A DNA stretch of 64,000 bases from Amphiscolops sp. MND2022 (taxonomy: Eukaryota), in assembly GCA_964187785.1 (NCBI GenBank), contig OZ076409.1, positions 13,146,001-13,210,000 of the forward strand. Direction: 5' to 3'. The notes beneath the pieces were generated by a model. It searched no databases. It saw only the letters and a list, made by a program, of their open reading frames with translations, and was not told the origin of the DNA. Below are positions 1 through 12,642 of the stretch, in pieces (position 1 is the stretch's first letter; the number at the start of each line of letters is the position of its first letter). A program made the position numbers and the translations under genes.

Positions 1-132
1 ATACGTTTTAATAAGAATAAAGACGCTCAATCTCGACACTGACTATTGCCGCGTACTTCAATTTCAAAATATCTTCGGGGCTTGCATGAAAATGAGCGAC
101 TTGGTCACCTCTCAGCACGGCTGCTACTTTTT

Positions 133-671
133 AGTCGGGGCTTTTCTAGTGAAAAGAGCCCGACTATTACAGTGGCTACTTTTTTAGTCGGCGCTTTTCT
201 AGTGAAAAGTGCCCGACTATTACAGTGATTAGTTTTTTTTTTCTTTTTTTTTGCGTCAGACTACAATCTCACTCTGATTGTTCCACTTTTCTTACAATCG
301 AAACTACTAAAACTACTACCATAAGGCCAAGTCCGGTCAGCAGAAATTACTGCAAAGAGGTCCCCACTTTCATTTTTTACTATTTTAACGTAACCTACAA
401 AACTGGACGAGACTAAAGGGTCCCTTTTGATTTTTTTTTCGGCATTGTGTGACTTTTTTTACGAAAATTTTTTAACGTCTAAAAAGAGTCCCCCTTTCGA
501 GTTTTTTGATATTCTGCAACAGAATATATGTTAATAAAGCCCAAAGGGTCCCCCTTTTACATTTTTTGGCACTATGCGACATTTTCTGTTTTTCAAGTTT
601 TTTTTAAAAAAAGTCTTTTGCGCTTTTTGAGCCTTAGATATAGCGCCGACTTTAGACGTTCCCGTCTTGTT
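133..671 (+). mobile_element. Helentron/HINE-like family A copy (53-bp duplicated 5' end; partial tandem unit continues to about 1170)
   Basis: T-run, AGTCGGCGC, nearby inverted GCCCGACT, then GCGCCGACT, hairpin AGACG-TTCC-CGTCT and TGTT. Confidence 0.7.
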
Positions 672-1202
672 TTCTTCTTTTTTCGTCAGACCACAGACCT
701 CATCGTTTAAGTACCACTTTTTACAGAAACTGATAAGACTACTCAGGCCAAGTCCGGCCAATGCAAACTTAGTGCAAAGGGGCCCCTTTCATTTTTTACC
801 TTTTTCACGTAACCTACAGAAGCGGAAAAGACCAGAGGGTCCCCCCTTTCAATTTATTTTGGCACTGTGCGAAATTATTTTCGAAAAATTTTTATTGTCT
901 TGAAAGAGTCCCCCGTCGAGATTTTTTGATATTATGCAACAGAATGTATGTTAATGAATCCCAAAAAGTCCCCTCTTTTTTTCGGCACTATGTGGCATTT
1001 TTCGAAAGAAAAAAGTAGGAAGTCTTTTTTCCAATTTTTTTTGTTCCCAGTCGGGAAAAAGTGATTTTCCAGTCATGTCGAGCATGAAAGGCACACTTTG
1101 GGTTTCTCGAAATTGTTTTCAAAGCTTTTCATGAATACGTCCCTGGCATATTTGAAAAACTTTGATTTCTGTTTAGGCTTTTACGTCTAATAGTCTGTTT
1201 TT

Positions 1203-1520
1203 AGTCGGCGCTTTTATTAACATAATGGCCCGACTATTACAGTCACTCGTTTTTTCTTTTTTAAAACACAGACTCGAAGCGACGACGGTAACGTTCAGCT
1301 AAAGGAAATTAAATACCACGGAAACCCATCTAGGTTTTTCCCAAAGGGTCCCTTTGGTTTTTCAATTTTAAAGCCTACAAAACCGGATGAGTGTAAAGGG
1401 TCCCTTTCGGTTTTTTTTCGGCACTGTGCGACTTTTCTCTAATTTTTTTGTCTCCAAAAGGTCCCCCTCCGATTTTATTTGAGCCATAGATATAGCGCCG
1501 ACTTTAGACGTTCCCGTCTT
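1203..1520 (+). mobile_element. HINE-like family A copy
   Basis: Same AGTCGGCGC...GCGCCGACTTTAGACGTTCCCGTCT termini. Confidence 0.7.
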
Positions 1521-1559
1521 CTTTTAGAAATAGTCCACGTCAGTGTTCTTTGAAGTACC

Positions 1560-2560
1560 AGATCCAGCCTTTTCTTGTACTTCGCCATCGCCAAACTGTC
1601 TAACGGTTTTTCGAAATGTTCAATTAGCTTCTCGCTTCCAATAGATGGCAGCCTCCCCTCCAGCATGGGCAATGTTTTAGACAGGTGTTTGAATGTACTA
1701 GTTAAAATGCCAGTTGTTGCTGGAGCTCGTCTTTTGAAGTTATTTTTTTTCATTACATCAACTGATTGTTGATCTTCTTCCAATTGATCGATATATGCGC
1801 AGCTTTTCGTAAAATTTTCTTAGTAAAAAAAACGCATTGCAGCCATGTACACCCTTGCGTATTCACAACTTCAAGAGACAAATGCGAACCAGTGATGTTC
1901 TCAAAATCTGGCTTCCGGCGTCCAGACTTTTAGAAGAATTTTTTCATTGATAAATGTAATTTATCCACAATTTCATGTTTAATTCGAATAAAGTCTGCAA
2001 GACGATGTAGACCATGAGCCAAACAATTCACTTGAAGAAGGTTTGGAAACATGCTTTTCTTCATATTCTCTCAAGTTTTATCATCTAGCTAGCCGCGTCA
2101 CTAACAAGAAGCCTCACTTTTGCATATGGAATTTTGTGTCGATAAATCTTTGTCAGGATGGAATTAATGAATTGTGTCATCATTACATTGTCGGTTTTTG
2201 GCAACTCAACGATTTCAATCAGTGAAGGTTTTCCATAGCCCTCATCATCCAGGAATCCAATAAATAGAGCTGCTAAAGATCGGCCCTGTACATTTGACCT
2301 TCGTCAACAACAAGAAATATATTTTTACCTCGTAGGCGTTCTTTAATTTTGTGGAGTGGTTCAGAGAACTCGCCTTGTTGAAGGTAGTTTTTTTGGAGGG
2401 TTGATTCACTGGGAGCTTTTTTCCGTCGTATTTTTCCAAAAATATCCGGGTAAATAACATCCTCGACCATATCCAGGTAAATAACATTTTCCGTCCATGA
2501 ATATGTTGCTTGATCATCTAGGAATGACTGACTGCGCAACTTTGCAGCAACATTGTGTGT
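1560..2560 (-). pseudogene. Decayed hAT-superfamily (CGGBP1-like) transposase
   Basis: Minus-strand fragments in the expected order: PSESTLQKNYL, IFLVVDE, LLVSDAAS*MIK, VNCLAHGLHRLADF (CxxH, about 1991-2030) and EVVNTQGCTWL (degenerate TRW). Stops and frameshifts present. Boundaries approximate. Confidence 0.8.
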
Positions 2561-3438
2561 AATCGATTACCTGCGGACAAACTTGACTAACAACTTGATG
2601 GTAATCGAAATGAATTTCCATACATTTCGCCCCCACTAACGTTGATACAAACGAAGATTCTGGTATTCGCTGTTTTTGCATAGTTGTTTTGTGTGTGAAT
2701 GTGTGTAGAATAAAATAGTTTGACTTATAGACAGAGATAACAGATAACACAACTAAAATGATGCAGTACTTCGCTTTATCAAAAAGTTCAGCTTGAAAAC
2801 AGACAATTCCTCTGTTGAAAGTAAACCTCAAACAGGCGCATTAGAGAGAGAAATTACTCAATTTGAGTGAAAAATTGAGAAGAAATTGAGTAATTGCATA
2901 AAAACCTGAGTACTCAAGAAAATACTAGGCCTAAACGAAACAATACAATCTGAAGTGAGCACCGAACTATGACAAATCTCACATATCAGCTGCAATTTGA
3001 ATTTTTAGCAAATGCTCAAACACTGCAGCTAAGGGAAAAGACTAATTGCAAACGTATCACAAAAGGCAAAGTTTTGTTCTCCAACAACTAAATTACCCAC
3101 ACAATGGTCCCCTGTGAACTTTTTTCGTAGTTCTTGATGCTGACGAAAAGAGGAAGATTATTGAATGGAAGACCTAGAGCCGTGCATTTCTTGAACACAG
3201 TGAAAATGCATTCAAAATACAGTGTCTCTTCAAGAAACATGCAGAAATGTCTTCAGTTGTGAGTGTTAAGAGCTACTAGACTAAAGTACTGGATTAACCT
3301 GAGAGACAAGACATCGAAAATATACTACCTATTTCTTGCGATCTATAAATTATGATCGGTAATCGTACATGAACTGAGAAGTATCTTGATTAATTAATTA
3401 TGTTACCAACAGCAACAAACAAAAGTCAAATTACAACG

Positions 3439-3843
3439 CAGTGATGGGGAATTATTGTTTTTTCCCAAAAAAGTGTTTCTTTTTTGAAAAAAAAAACGTT
3501 TTTTTTTCGTTTTTTTTTCAATTTTTCTTCCAAATTATTATTTATGTAGTTGTTTGAATAAAAATTATAATTTTCGTGCTTTGTCCACGCCAAGACGTGA
3601 TCGCAGCATTCCGTGGCTCATGCCCATTGTCGCAAAGTGCCGTTCCAGCTGGCACGACATCCCTCTCACACGTTGCACTGGGCTCGGGTAGTTCCACCAA
3701 CATTAATTTCGGTAAATTGTTGCCAAACTTGGTCTTTTTACCAGCATCAGTAAACATTTATAAAACATGCTTTTTTCATGTGTTTAAAACATTTTTTTTT
3801 CATGAATGTTTTTCATGTTTTTTTTTCATTTTTGCCAACCCTG
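3439..3843 (-). mobile_element. hAT deletion derivative retaining the C-terminal dimerisation-domain fragment
   Basis: CAG..CTG ends, TSD TTACAACG/TTACAAAG. Minus strand reads LERHFATMGMSHGMLRSRLGVDKARKL. Confidence 0.75.
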
Positions 3844-4860
3844 TTACAAAGATTCATTGTTCGTTTCAACCGAATGAATTCCGGGGCCCGGTTAACACCA
3901 TAAGAATGAATTCTGAAGCTTCCATTGTCGATCGACTCGGTATAACAATCACAGTGGAGCAAGCTTAAAAATATAGCTTAACCGATTAATCGTTTAAAAT
4001 AGCCGGTTAAACGGTTAACCGGCATCACATTCGTCCATCAAACAAAATGTGATTGTCTGCAAAAATTGGTGCGATGAATTTTTAACTGAAATTAGTTTTA
4101 ACTGAAACTTCGAATCAAAACAGAACGTAGCGTCCGCAATTTTTCAACTTGACCACAAATACGACCAAAAATTTCCAAAACTCTGCCCAGACCAGTTGTG
4201 GAAGCCTTTATATATTCTTCAGTTTGATTTTCAGACCTTTCTAGAGAGCATCAATTCATCAATTGGACTCTAATTTTTAGAACTAATTAGCGATTAATTA
4301 ACAGTGAATCAGTTAACCGGTTAACTGGTTCAGGCTCTAAATCAGAGCTTTAGTTCGTGCATTATGCGTCTCTCGTTTCGCATTAAACGTTACTGTACTG
4401 GACGATTTGCGTAGCGGTCCTTTTTTTAAACATCGAAACCCATGGGTGTCTCTTTCGGGTAATTTATGGAACTATGAGATTGAGAGTCTTCTCGATATTT
4501 CTCCTTCATCGAATTCGAAAGACTTGACTTTGGTCTTTTTAAGCCTCCAGCAGGGCGCCGTCTTGGACTTTCCCGGTTTGTTTTTAGTCAACGGTTTCAA
4601 TGAAAAAAGCACACTATAGTAATGCCTCTATTAAAGACCAGCAAACACTCACATTTCCAAAAATTTTATTACTTCAAACAAAAAACTTAAACCCGGTTTT
4701 TAACTTTCCATTCGGTGAAAGGGTACTCTTCCATTTTTAAATGCTTTTTAGCGAACATTTTAAAGTTATTTTATTCTGCCTTCGTTTGTATTTTTGACAA
4801 AAAGAAACTTTTCCCCAAAAATTGTTTATTATTTTGGGATTTCTGATATTTTACTATATA

Positions 4861-5904
4861 AACAAGCCGGGAACGGCCCAAGTCGGCGCCATATCTAAGG
4901 CTCAAAAATAGCAAAAGGACTTCAAAGTGTCAAGTATTCTCTTCTACAGTACCCGCGTGAGGAAAAAATTGAGAAAAAAAATCCCCAATTTTTTTAATTT
5001 TATTTGGTCTCCGGTAAGTCGCATAGTGCCGACAAATGTGATAGGGAGCCCTTTGGGAGTTTTTGAACATCCTTTCTTTTGCAAAATAAAAAAATGAAGG
5101 GGGCCCTTTGAAGACATTTAAAAAAATTGCGAAAAAAGTCCCACAAAGCCGAAAAAACCTGCACAAAAAAATTTTTGGTCATGGGCGGGACTCGAACCCG
5201 TCCTTCTCAAGCCGCAAAAAATCCTCCAAAAAATTAGAAGCAGAAGAAGCTACATTAGTGTGGCAGTTAGTGGAAGCCAGCTTATAAAGCTTATAAAATC
5301 TGTCACTTGGTTGGTCTTTAAAAAACAAGCCGGGAACGGCCCAAGTCGGCGCCATATCTAAGGCTCAAAAATAACAAAAGGACTTCAAAGTGTCAAGTAT
5401 TCTCTTCTACAGTACCCGTTTGAGGAAAAATTGAAAAAAAATCCGATTTTTTTGAAATTTTCTAAATTTTTTTGGTCTCCCGTAAGTCGCATAGTGCCGA
5501 AACATGTAAAATGGGGCCCTTTGGAAGTTTTTTAACATCCATTCTTTTGCAAAATAGACAAAAAAATGAAGGGTGGACCCTTTGGAGATATTTGCGAAAA
5601 AAGTCTCACAAAGCCGAAAAAAAATTGCACAAAAAATTTTGGTCATGGCGGGACTCGAACCCATGTCATTCTGCTTGTCAGACCTCAAAAAAGCCGTAGT
5701 GGCCAAGTGGCAGTGAAGTAGTGTGACACAGTTTAGTGTTAGTGCCGGTTTAGTGCCAACTTATAAAATTTATAAAATCTGTCAGTTCGTTGGTCTTAAA
5801 AAAAAGAAGTCACTACTATAGTCTGCGTTTTTCTTCGAAAAGCGCCGACTAAAAAGAAAAAAAGTCACTGCTATAGTCTGTGTTTTCTACGAAAAGCGCC
5901 GACT
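4861..5904 (-). mobile_element. HINE-like family A head-to-tail dimer
   Basis: Two units start AACAAGCCGGGAACGGCCCAAGTCGGCGCC (4861 and 5324). The terminal GCGCCGACTAAAA segment is duplicated. Confidence 0.72.
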
Positions 5905-6745
5905 AAAAAGGAGCAACGGTGAAGAGTCTGACCTTTGTGACCTCGCACGAGTGATTTTGAATCCACAGCTTTAAGTCGACTTTTGCGTGGTCATTTGTCT
6001 GCAAATATGATATCAGAGCTTGCCATGGAGATATAATATCCTCTGAAAAAGCAGAACTTTGAAAAGCAGAACTGTTTGTTTGGCCTCCGCCCACGTAACA
6101 GAAAAGCTAACTTTTTTCTATTTCGAGACTGAATGCAACAAAAATTGCCACATTGAAAAATTTTTTCAGTCGCTGAGCTTTGTTTCGTAAGTTTGTCACA
6201 AAGTTGTCGCTAATGTCTTTTATCGTGAAACAAGAAAGCATTTTATGATATTAGTATTCTGGTGCTGTAACGCATGACAAAGTTTATATATCCTTAATTC
6301 AATTTTCAGGCTCTGTCTTTCAAAAGTGAAAGGCCTCATCCAGAATTTTTCAAGGTAAAGAAGGGATTTACTTGAGTGATATCAAAACTCTGGTGTGAGT
6401 TTCACCCCACATTTATTTCATCCCTGATTCTAATTATACAAAAGCGTCTCGTTTTAACTACTCAATTAAGGACGAAACTAATGCCTACTGTCTAAATTGA
6501 GTTGATTTGATTGTCAGGTTCCGGCCGATAAAAATCCAGAATTGAAGATTTTATTACGCAAAGAGAACTCCTTTTTGAACGATTGACAGATAATGTGAAA
6601 TTTTAATTGCCTTGTTCATAAGTATTACAATTCCGATGAGTGAAATTTTTGGGTTACGTTCTCGTGGTTCACATAGCAAGCATCGTTTGATCATCTAATT
6701 GGTAATTTCTTTCAAGAAGCTTTTCTTTTGGCGCTAACATTGAAA

Positions 6746-6846
6746 TTGGGTGAACGGAAATTGGGAAATTAATTTGGGGTGAACGGAATTTGGGGAGAAG
6801 TGACATGGGGCGAAATGATATAGGGTGAAAGGAACATGGGGTGAAT
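6746..6846. repeat. Degenerate ~16-bp minisatellite (TGGGGTGAA..)
   Basis: About six diverged units. Confidence 0.55.
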
Positions 6847-7869
6847 GATAGTTAACCTAAAAATCTCTATAATTTCAAGTAATCTCAGAGATCCATTTAA
6901 CAGTCATAATTTGTAATTTCTTGGAATACAGAGCAGCATAAATTTGCATTTCTGTCAAAGCTGCAGTCGATGTTGAATTAAAAGCCATGCGTAGCTTTGC
7001 ACGAATTGGTGGCATATCTGATACGGCATGGAGTAGAGTTACAAGATATTTGAGTCTCCTTTCATTACTTCTTCTTTGGGGGAATGTGTTCAGGCACCGT
7101 GTGTGAACAATTGGTGTGTTTATTCCATACATGGGCGTGCCGACCAAGCAAGGTGAAATTTAATACAAAGCCCCAGGTTCGAAATGGGAAGGACATATTA
7201 CATTTAATCTCCCCTCCTCTCCAAGCTGCAAGAGTTCATCTAATTATATCTCTCCTACTTCAAAGACTTGGCTTTGAGAACACTTGTAATAAATGTTCCG
7301 AGCAGTCATTAACTCCATGGAAATGTGAGAACAATTACAACAGATTTTAAATTAGTATTACTGCCTTAAAATTTTGACGTTGATAACTTTCACCTTTTCA
7401 ATTTCACCAAAATTACCTTCAGATGACGCGGTATGGTCACTCGAAAGATATATCTTACATTTTTTCATCTAACATTTTTTTCTCACACTTGGTTAATCTG
7501 ATTGAGGAGGTGTTGATATTATCTTCCAACAGCGAAAAAAAGTAGTACATCCGATGTGACCAAAAAGCGAAAAAAACGTGAAGAGTTTTCTTCAACGGTG
7601 TAGATAGATGCCGAAAGTAAGGAAAAATCAGTATCCAGCTAACAAAGTGATGGAAGTCATAAAATCAGATAGGCAACGTTATTAGTCGGCGCATTTTTTA
7701 AGACACGAGTCGACTATGTCATGGATTTTTGTCAGTGTTTTTTTTCGATACACCTGAACTGTCCAAAATAGCTCTGCCAAAAGTTCTACCATTCAATTTT
7801 GGCAGTCTACATATTACCTTTGAACAGTAAAGGAGTTCCATTCGACAATAACGAAACTCATACTTGACC

Positions 7870-8125
7870 TAACGCAAACCTGGTATAACGCATTCCAAAT
7901 ATAAAGTATACCGGATACAACGTTTCTTGTAGAATTTTTCAATATTACAAAAGTGCCTTCTTTTGGACTTTTTGGCACGAACCGGATTTAACGCAAACCG
8001 GATATAACGAATACCCGATATATCGAAGACCGGCTATAACGACGCAACCCATCCAGGATTTAACGCAAATCGGATATAACGGATTCCGGGTATAACGTAT
8101 ACCGGATATAACGTTTCTTGTTTTT
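7870..8125. repeat. Short-period repeat (TAACGCAAACCGGATATAACG)
   Basis: At least five CGGATA(T/C)AACG motifs. Confidence 0.7.
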
Positions 8126-8199
8126 TTTTCCAAGACAGACGAAGCGACAGATTTTATCATCTTCTTTCAGCTTTCAATTTTGCTCAATTTTTTCAACTT

Positions 8200-10812
8200 G
8201 AATACACATTTCTCAGAACATACATAACATCTAACACATTGAATGTCTCATCATGAATATCGTATTCGATGAAAAAGACATCAGAACTACATGCGTCGTT
8301 TACAGACCTGAGAGTGTCAATGTCAATTTTTTTCTTGATGATTTTGAAAAATTACTCATTTTTGTGCTTGAACAAAAACATGATATCGTTATCATTGGTG
8401 ACTTCAACATTGACACAATGGTCCAATCCTGCGACTTGCCAAAGTACAAAAACGTTTTGAATTGTTATTTTCTTTTGGAGTTGGAGGTTTGTTCTGCCAT
8501 AAACAGAACGGACGACATTATCTTCAAAACTTGATGCTTGCAAAAACTTAAAGGGCCAAAAGCCCTAATTTTTTGTTTGATCAAAAATTTAGTTCGATTG
8601 ATGAAAGAAGTGAGTTAATGATCATGCACTGATCTAGACTACTACTACAAAAACACAAGCTACACAATCGTGCGTTGACCGTGTTGCACCGGAAAATGCT
8701 AGAAAGTTCAAGCAAGGAACAAGGATATCAAGCAAAATCAAAAATCAAATGAAACGAAGGGACAAGATTTTTCAACGAATGATCTGCACTCAAGTTGAAG
8801 AAAAGAAAGAGAAATATCGAAAAATCCGAAATGAGGATACACATTCTGTCAGATTTTCAAAGCGAGATTATAAATATGAAAAAACTAGGGAAAATCCGTC
8901 ATTGAAAAAACTTTATCAAGTTTTGAAAAAAGAGAAACATAGTTACTGACCACCTCTCAAAACCCCGAACGCTGGAACGTTTAGCCAGTATTTCAGTAAG
9001 ATTGGAGAAAAACTGGCAAAAACTTCAAACAAAACGGAGCCTAAACAACTGAGCGAATCCAATCGACCAATGGTCCGCGCATATACGAATGAGCATAAAA
9101 TAGAGGACATTCAGGAGTATCTGAAACCAAAACAAAGCACTGGTCATGGTGAGATCAGCAATGAAAATCTTGAATGCTGTTCGCCTATCATCGAAAAATT
9201 TTGAACTTAATTCAACAAATATATAGAGGACCGATTGTTTCATGAAACCTTGAAAATTGGTAAAGTCATCGCGTTCTTCAAAAATGGTGACAAAAATCAA
9301 CCTGATAATAATCGACGTATCAACTTTTGAATGCAATGAGCAATATTTTTCAAAAAATTGCTTTCGAAAGGAATGTCAACGTTCGTAACCAAACACATAA
9401 TTCTGTACCCCAATTAATTTGTTCGCAGAAAAAAACTACAACTGCACAAATGCAATCACTCAAACAACTGAATTTATAAGACAAAAAACTGATGAACGAA
9501 ATCGAGGTTATGTTGGTCTCATTCATTTGAAAACAGCGTCTGACACTATAGATCATGAATTGCAAAACTAAAACTGTATGGATTCCGTGGACCTATTCTC
9601 CATCTTCTCCAAAACTTTTCACAGATTCGCAATCAGTATGCACTTCATCAAGGTGAAACCTCTTCATTATCAACAGTAACAACAGGAGGGCCGCAGGGAT
9701 CTATTCTATGCCCTTTTCTTTTCTTACTGTTAATCAATGATTTACCGGACTGTATTCCAGAAAGTCGAATTGCACTGTTTGCTGACAATACCTCCCTGTA
9801 CAACTTCGGGCCTATCGCGAAAGATGACATTTCAACGCTGTTAGGATAACACTAAGCTAGTTCAGAGACAATAAATTGACCATTAACACCGAAAGACGTG
9901 AATCATCAGGCTTTGGAAACAATGAGCTTTTCCTAATTGAGGCGTTAGGTGCAGAAATTCTTTCGCAGTCTCATTGCAAATACTTAGGTGTTTATCTGGA
10001 CTCTATACTCATATTTGAAAAACACATAAAGCATGTAACAAACAAAAACGGATTATTTTTTGTGGAAAAGTATATAGGATCCGTGAACGTTTCCCGCGAT
10101 AAGGTCTTATCATCTCATTTCATTACGCTCATGCTCAATCAGTAGTTACGTCTGGTCTCACCAACATGTATCTACCTACAGAACGAATGATGGGCCTGTC
10201 GATAAAGCACCGCGAAGAATTTTCCGGGCTATCTTCTACCGACGAAAATGGGACACCCTACAAGATGTTTACACAAAACATAAATTCATTACTGTTTACA
10301 AATAGTTCACCGTGGAAGCGGTGAAAGAGTTATTACGATTCGAATGACCCGGGGTATATCTTGATACAAGTGTAGCCGGGCATGACTACAACAGTAGAAG
10401 AATACAAAAACGTCTGCTACCTTCTTTATATAACAAACGATCACACGTTTTCTAAAACAGCGACATTCAACAATTGAACTGAGAGAAGACTACAATTGGT
10501 TATATTTACTCAATTTTATTCCTTCGGAACTCAGGAACCTTACTGCGGAGTAAGTCAATAATATGAAAGAAACATAAATGAAGTCTACGTATTCGATAAC
10601 AAGAATCTATTCGAACTCGTTTTCTAATTCCACAAAACCTGAACACTTATTGAGAAATACAAAACGACGGTTGTTGTTCACAGCAAATTGGTTCTCATAG
10701 GCAAAATATCGACGAGCTGAAAAGCTCTTCTTCTGCCCTTTTCTGAAAGGTAGCTACAATTTTTGTATATAGTAAAACTTTTGGAATAAATAATCTATTC
10801 TATTCTATTCTA
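8200..10812 (+). mobile_element. 5'-truncated, decayed LINE (CR1/L2-like) with APE endonuclease and RT remnants
   Basis: CVVYRP..DIVIIGDFNID (APE), GGPQGSILCPFLFLLLINDLP, LFADNT (YADD equivalent) and KYLGVYLD. AATAAA at 10785 is followed by a (CTATT)n tail. Many frameshifts. 5' boundary approximate. Confidence 0.88.
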
Positions 10813-12170
10813 CATAAAATTCCACATAACTTGCGTAGAATGTAAAACTTTAGGATTAGGGTTTCACTACTATAAGGATTTTTGAGAAATCTTTATTGAA
10901 CGTTATAAAGTCACGTCCTCCGGGTACACTTTTGCACCTTATTTTGGCTTTTTGGGACTTTTAGTTTGAAAAATTTTCAATGTCTTCAAAGGGTCCCCTT
11001 CAATGTCTTCAAAGGGTCCCCTTCAATGTTTTGATATTTTGCAGCTGAATGGATGGTAAGAAATCCAAAACGGCGCGCCAATTCGGTCCAACTTATGGGA
11101 TTTTTTCGGGTACTGTAGAAGAGAATACTAGACACTTTGAAGTCGTTTTGCTATTTGTGAGTCTTAGGTATGGCGCCGACTTGGACAGTTTCCGACTTGT
11201 TGTGTTTTTAGTCGGCGCGTTTTTCTTCTTTTTTTTCAGTTTTTCCTCCACACAAACTCGAATGCGACGAAACTTTTGTTGAGTTTGTTCAACTGAGCGA
11301 ATACCTCGGAAACGCATCTAAGTTAGCGCAAAGTGTCTGTGATTTCAGAGGAATTCAATTTTTGTTTCCAAAAACGTTGGTCGCCAAATAATGCTAATTC
11401 AGATCACATTGGGTTGATAAGTCTTTCAGCTCCCTTTGTGGCAACTATCTTCACTTTTGAACTCTGAGAAAGCACTAGGAACCCAGAGATTGCCTCAGAA
11501 ACAGCCGTTGTCTGGAACCATAAACTGTGTTACGTGAAAAAAGGAGAATAAGTGGCAGTTATCTTTTTATCTGTTTCCTCAGAAGCACGGCAGGAGAAAG
11601 TGATTCGCGGCGAACTTTCAATCATTCGATAGTCAACACTCGCTTTTCTGATAATTTTCTTTCTTTTCCACGAACTTTCTTGGATTCATCATTATCATTT
11701 CAGTTCACAGAGAAACAAGAAGGATGCTAATAAGGCACTAAGAAGTAGGAGAGCATCATATGGTTTCCTTGACATTTCTGGCAGTGCGGGCGGAAGATGT
11801 CTTCTGTCATTTTTCCTACTTGGGTTGAACTTTCCTTTCACTTCCACGTTTTTAGTTCCATCGCAGTTCCGCAGTTGTTACCAAAAAGGTTCATATTAAA
11901 CAAGACGGGAAAACGTTAAATAACAATCTGCGTAATCTTTTTCAGAAACATAGTTTTTAGTATTTCATTGTTTTTTCTTGCTTGTATCCTGCTTCCTATA
12001 GAGCTGGTTTTTTGAAAATCAAGTTAATAACCATGATATCCATCTGTAATTCTAGCTCTTGCTTTCTATACGTATGGCTTCAATGAATTTCAAAAAATCA
12101 CAGAGCAACAGTGTAATAGAGGACTAAGACTGTTTATATTAATTAGTCTGCATTTTGTATTTACGTTATT

Positions 12171-12590
12171 ATTTTCCGCCTACATATAATGGGGGAGGAA
12201 AATCATGATCTGTGTTGCGTTTTTTTTTCACAAATTCTGCCAAATCTCCACGATCTCCAACCACTTCACTTAGTTACTTGACTATCTTGGTTACTTGACT
12301 ATTTTAGTTACTAGTATTTAATATTTCGTTTCACTAAGGAGGAGGCAGAGGTTCGAAAACAAGCGCTCCCATTTGTCCCAGCACGATATATCCGAACAAT
12401 TGACGTTATATCTGAAATTAATTGTGTTTTACTACGGAGGAAGCTGAGGTTCGAAAAACTTGCACCTTATCCGAATTTTGACATTATATCCGGGGTAAAC
12501 TGCGTTTTATCAAGGAGGAGGTGAATTTTCGATTAAGTGTCTATTTTTAGCCGATTGAAGGCGGAAAACACTGCGGTGCACAGTGAGATC
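12171..12590 (+). mobile_element. HINE-like family B copy containing a GGAGG..GAGGTTCGAAAA repeat
   Basis: ATTTTCCGCC at 12171 and GGCGGAAAA about 12560. Confidence 0.6.
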
Positions 12591-12642
12591 AATTTAGTTT
12601 GATAATTGAATTCCTTGTCACAAAACAAAATAGAAGACAACC

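Larger units (their letters stand above)
7684..11201 (+). mobile_element. HINE-like family A copy split by the LINE and a CGGATATAACG-rich repeat
   Basis: 5' AGTCGGCGC at 7684 and 3' GGCGCCGACTTGG..CTTGTT ending at 11201. Confidence 0.5.

Noticed and set aside
5177..5690. tRNA genes
   Set aside because: Only B-box/3'-half similarity inside repeats and no full cloverleaf. Reported as tRNA-like cassettes instead.
6310..6590. Exon-like pieces bounded by TTTCAG/GTAAAG
   Set aside because: Too short to link into a gene model without transcript data.
6875..7350. Coding-like ORFs, possibly a transposase relic
   Set aside because: No diagnostic motif recognised.
7870..8125. CRISPR-like repeat array
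   Set aside because: Irregular spacing, no unique spacers of constant length, no cas genes and a eukaryotic context. These are ordinary internal TE repeats.
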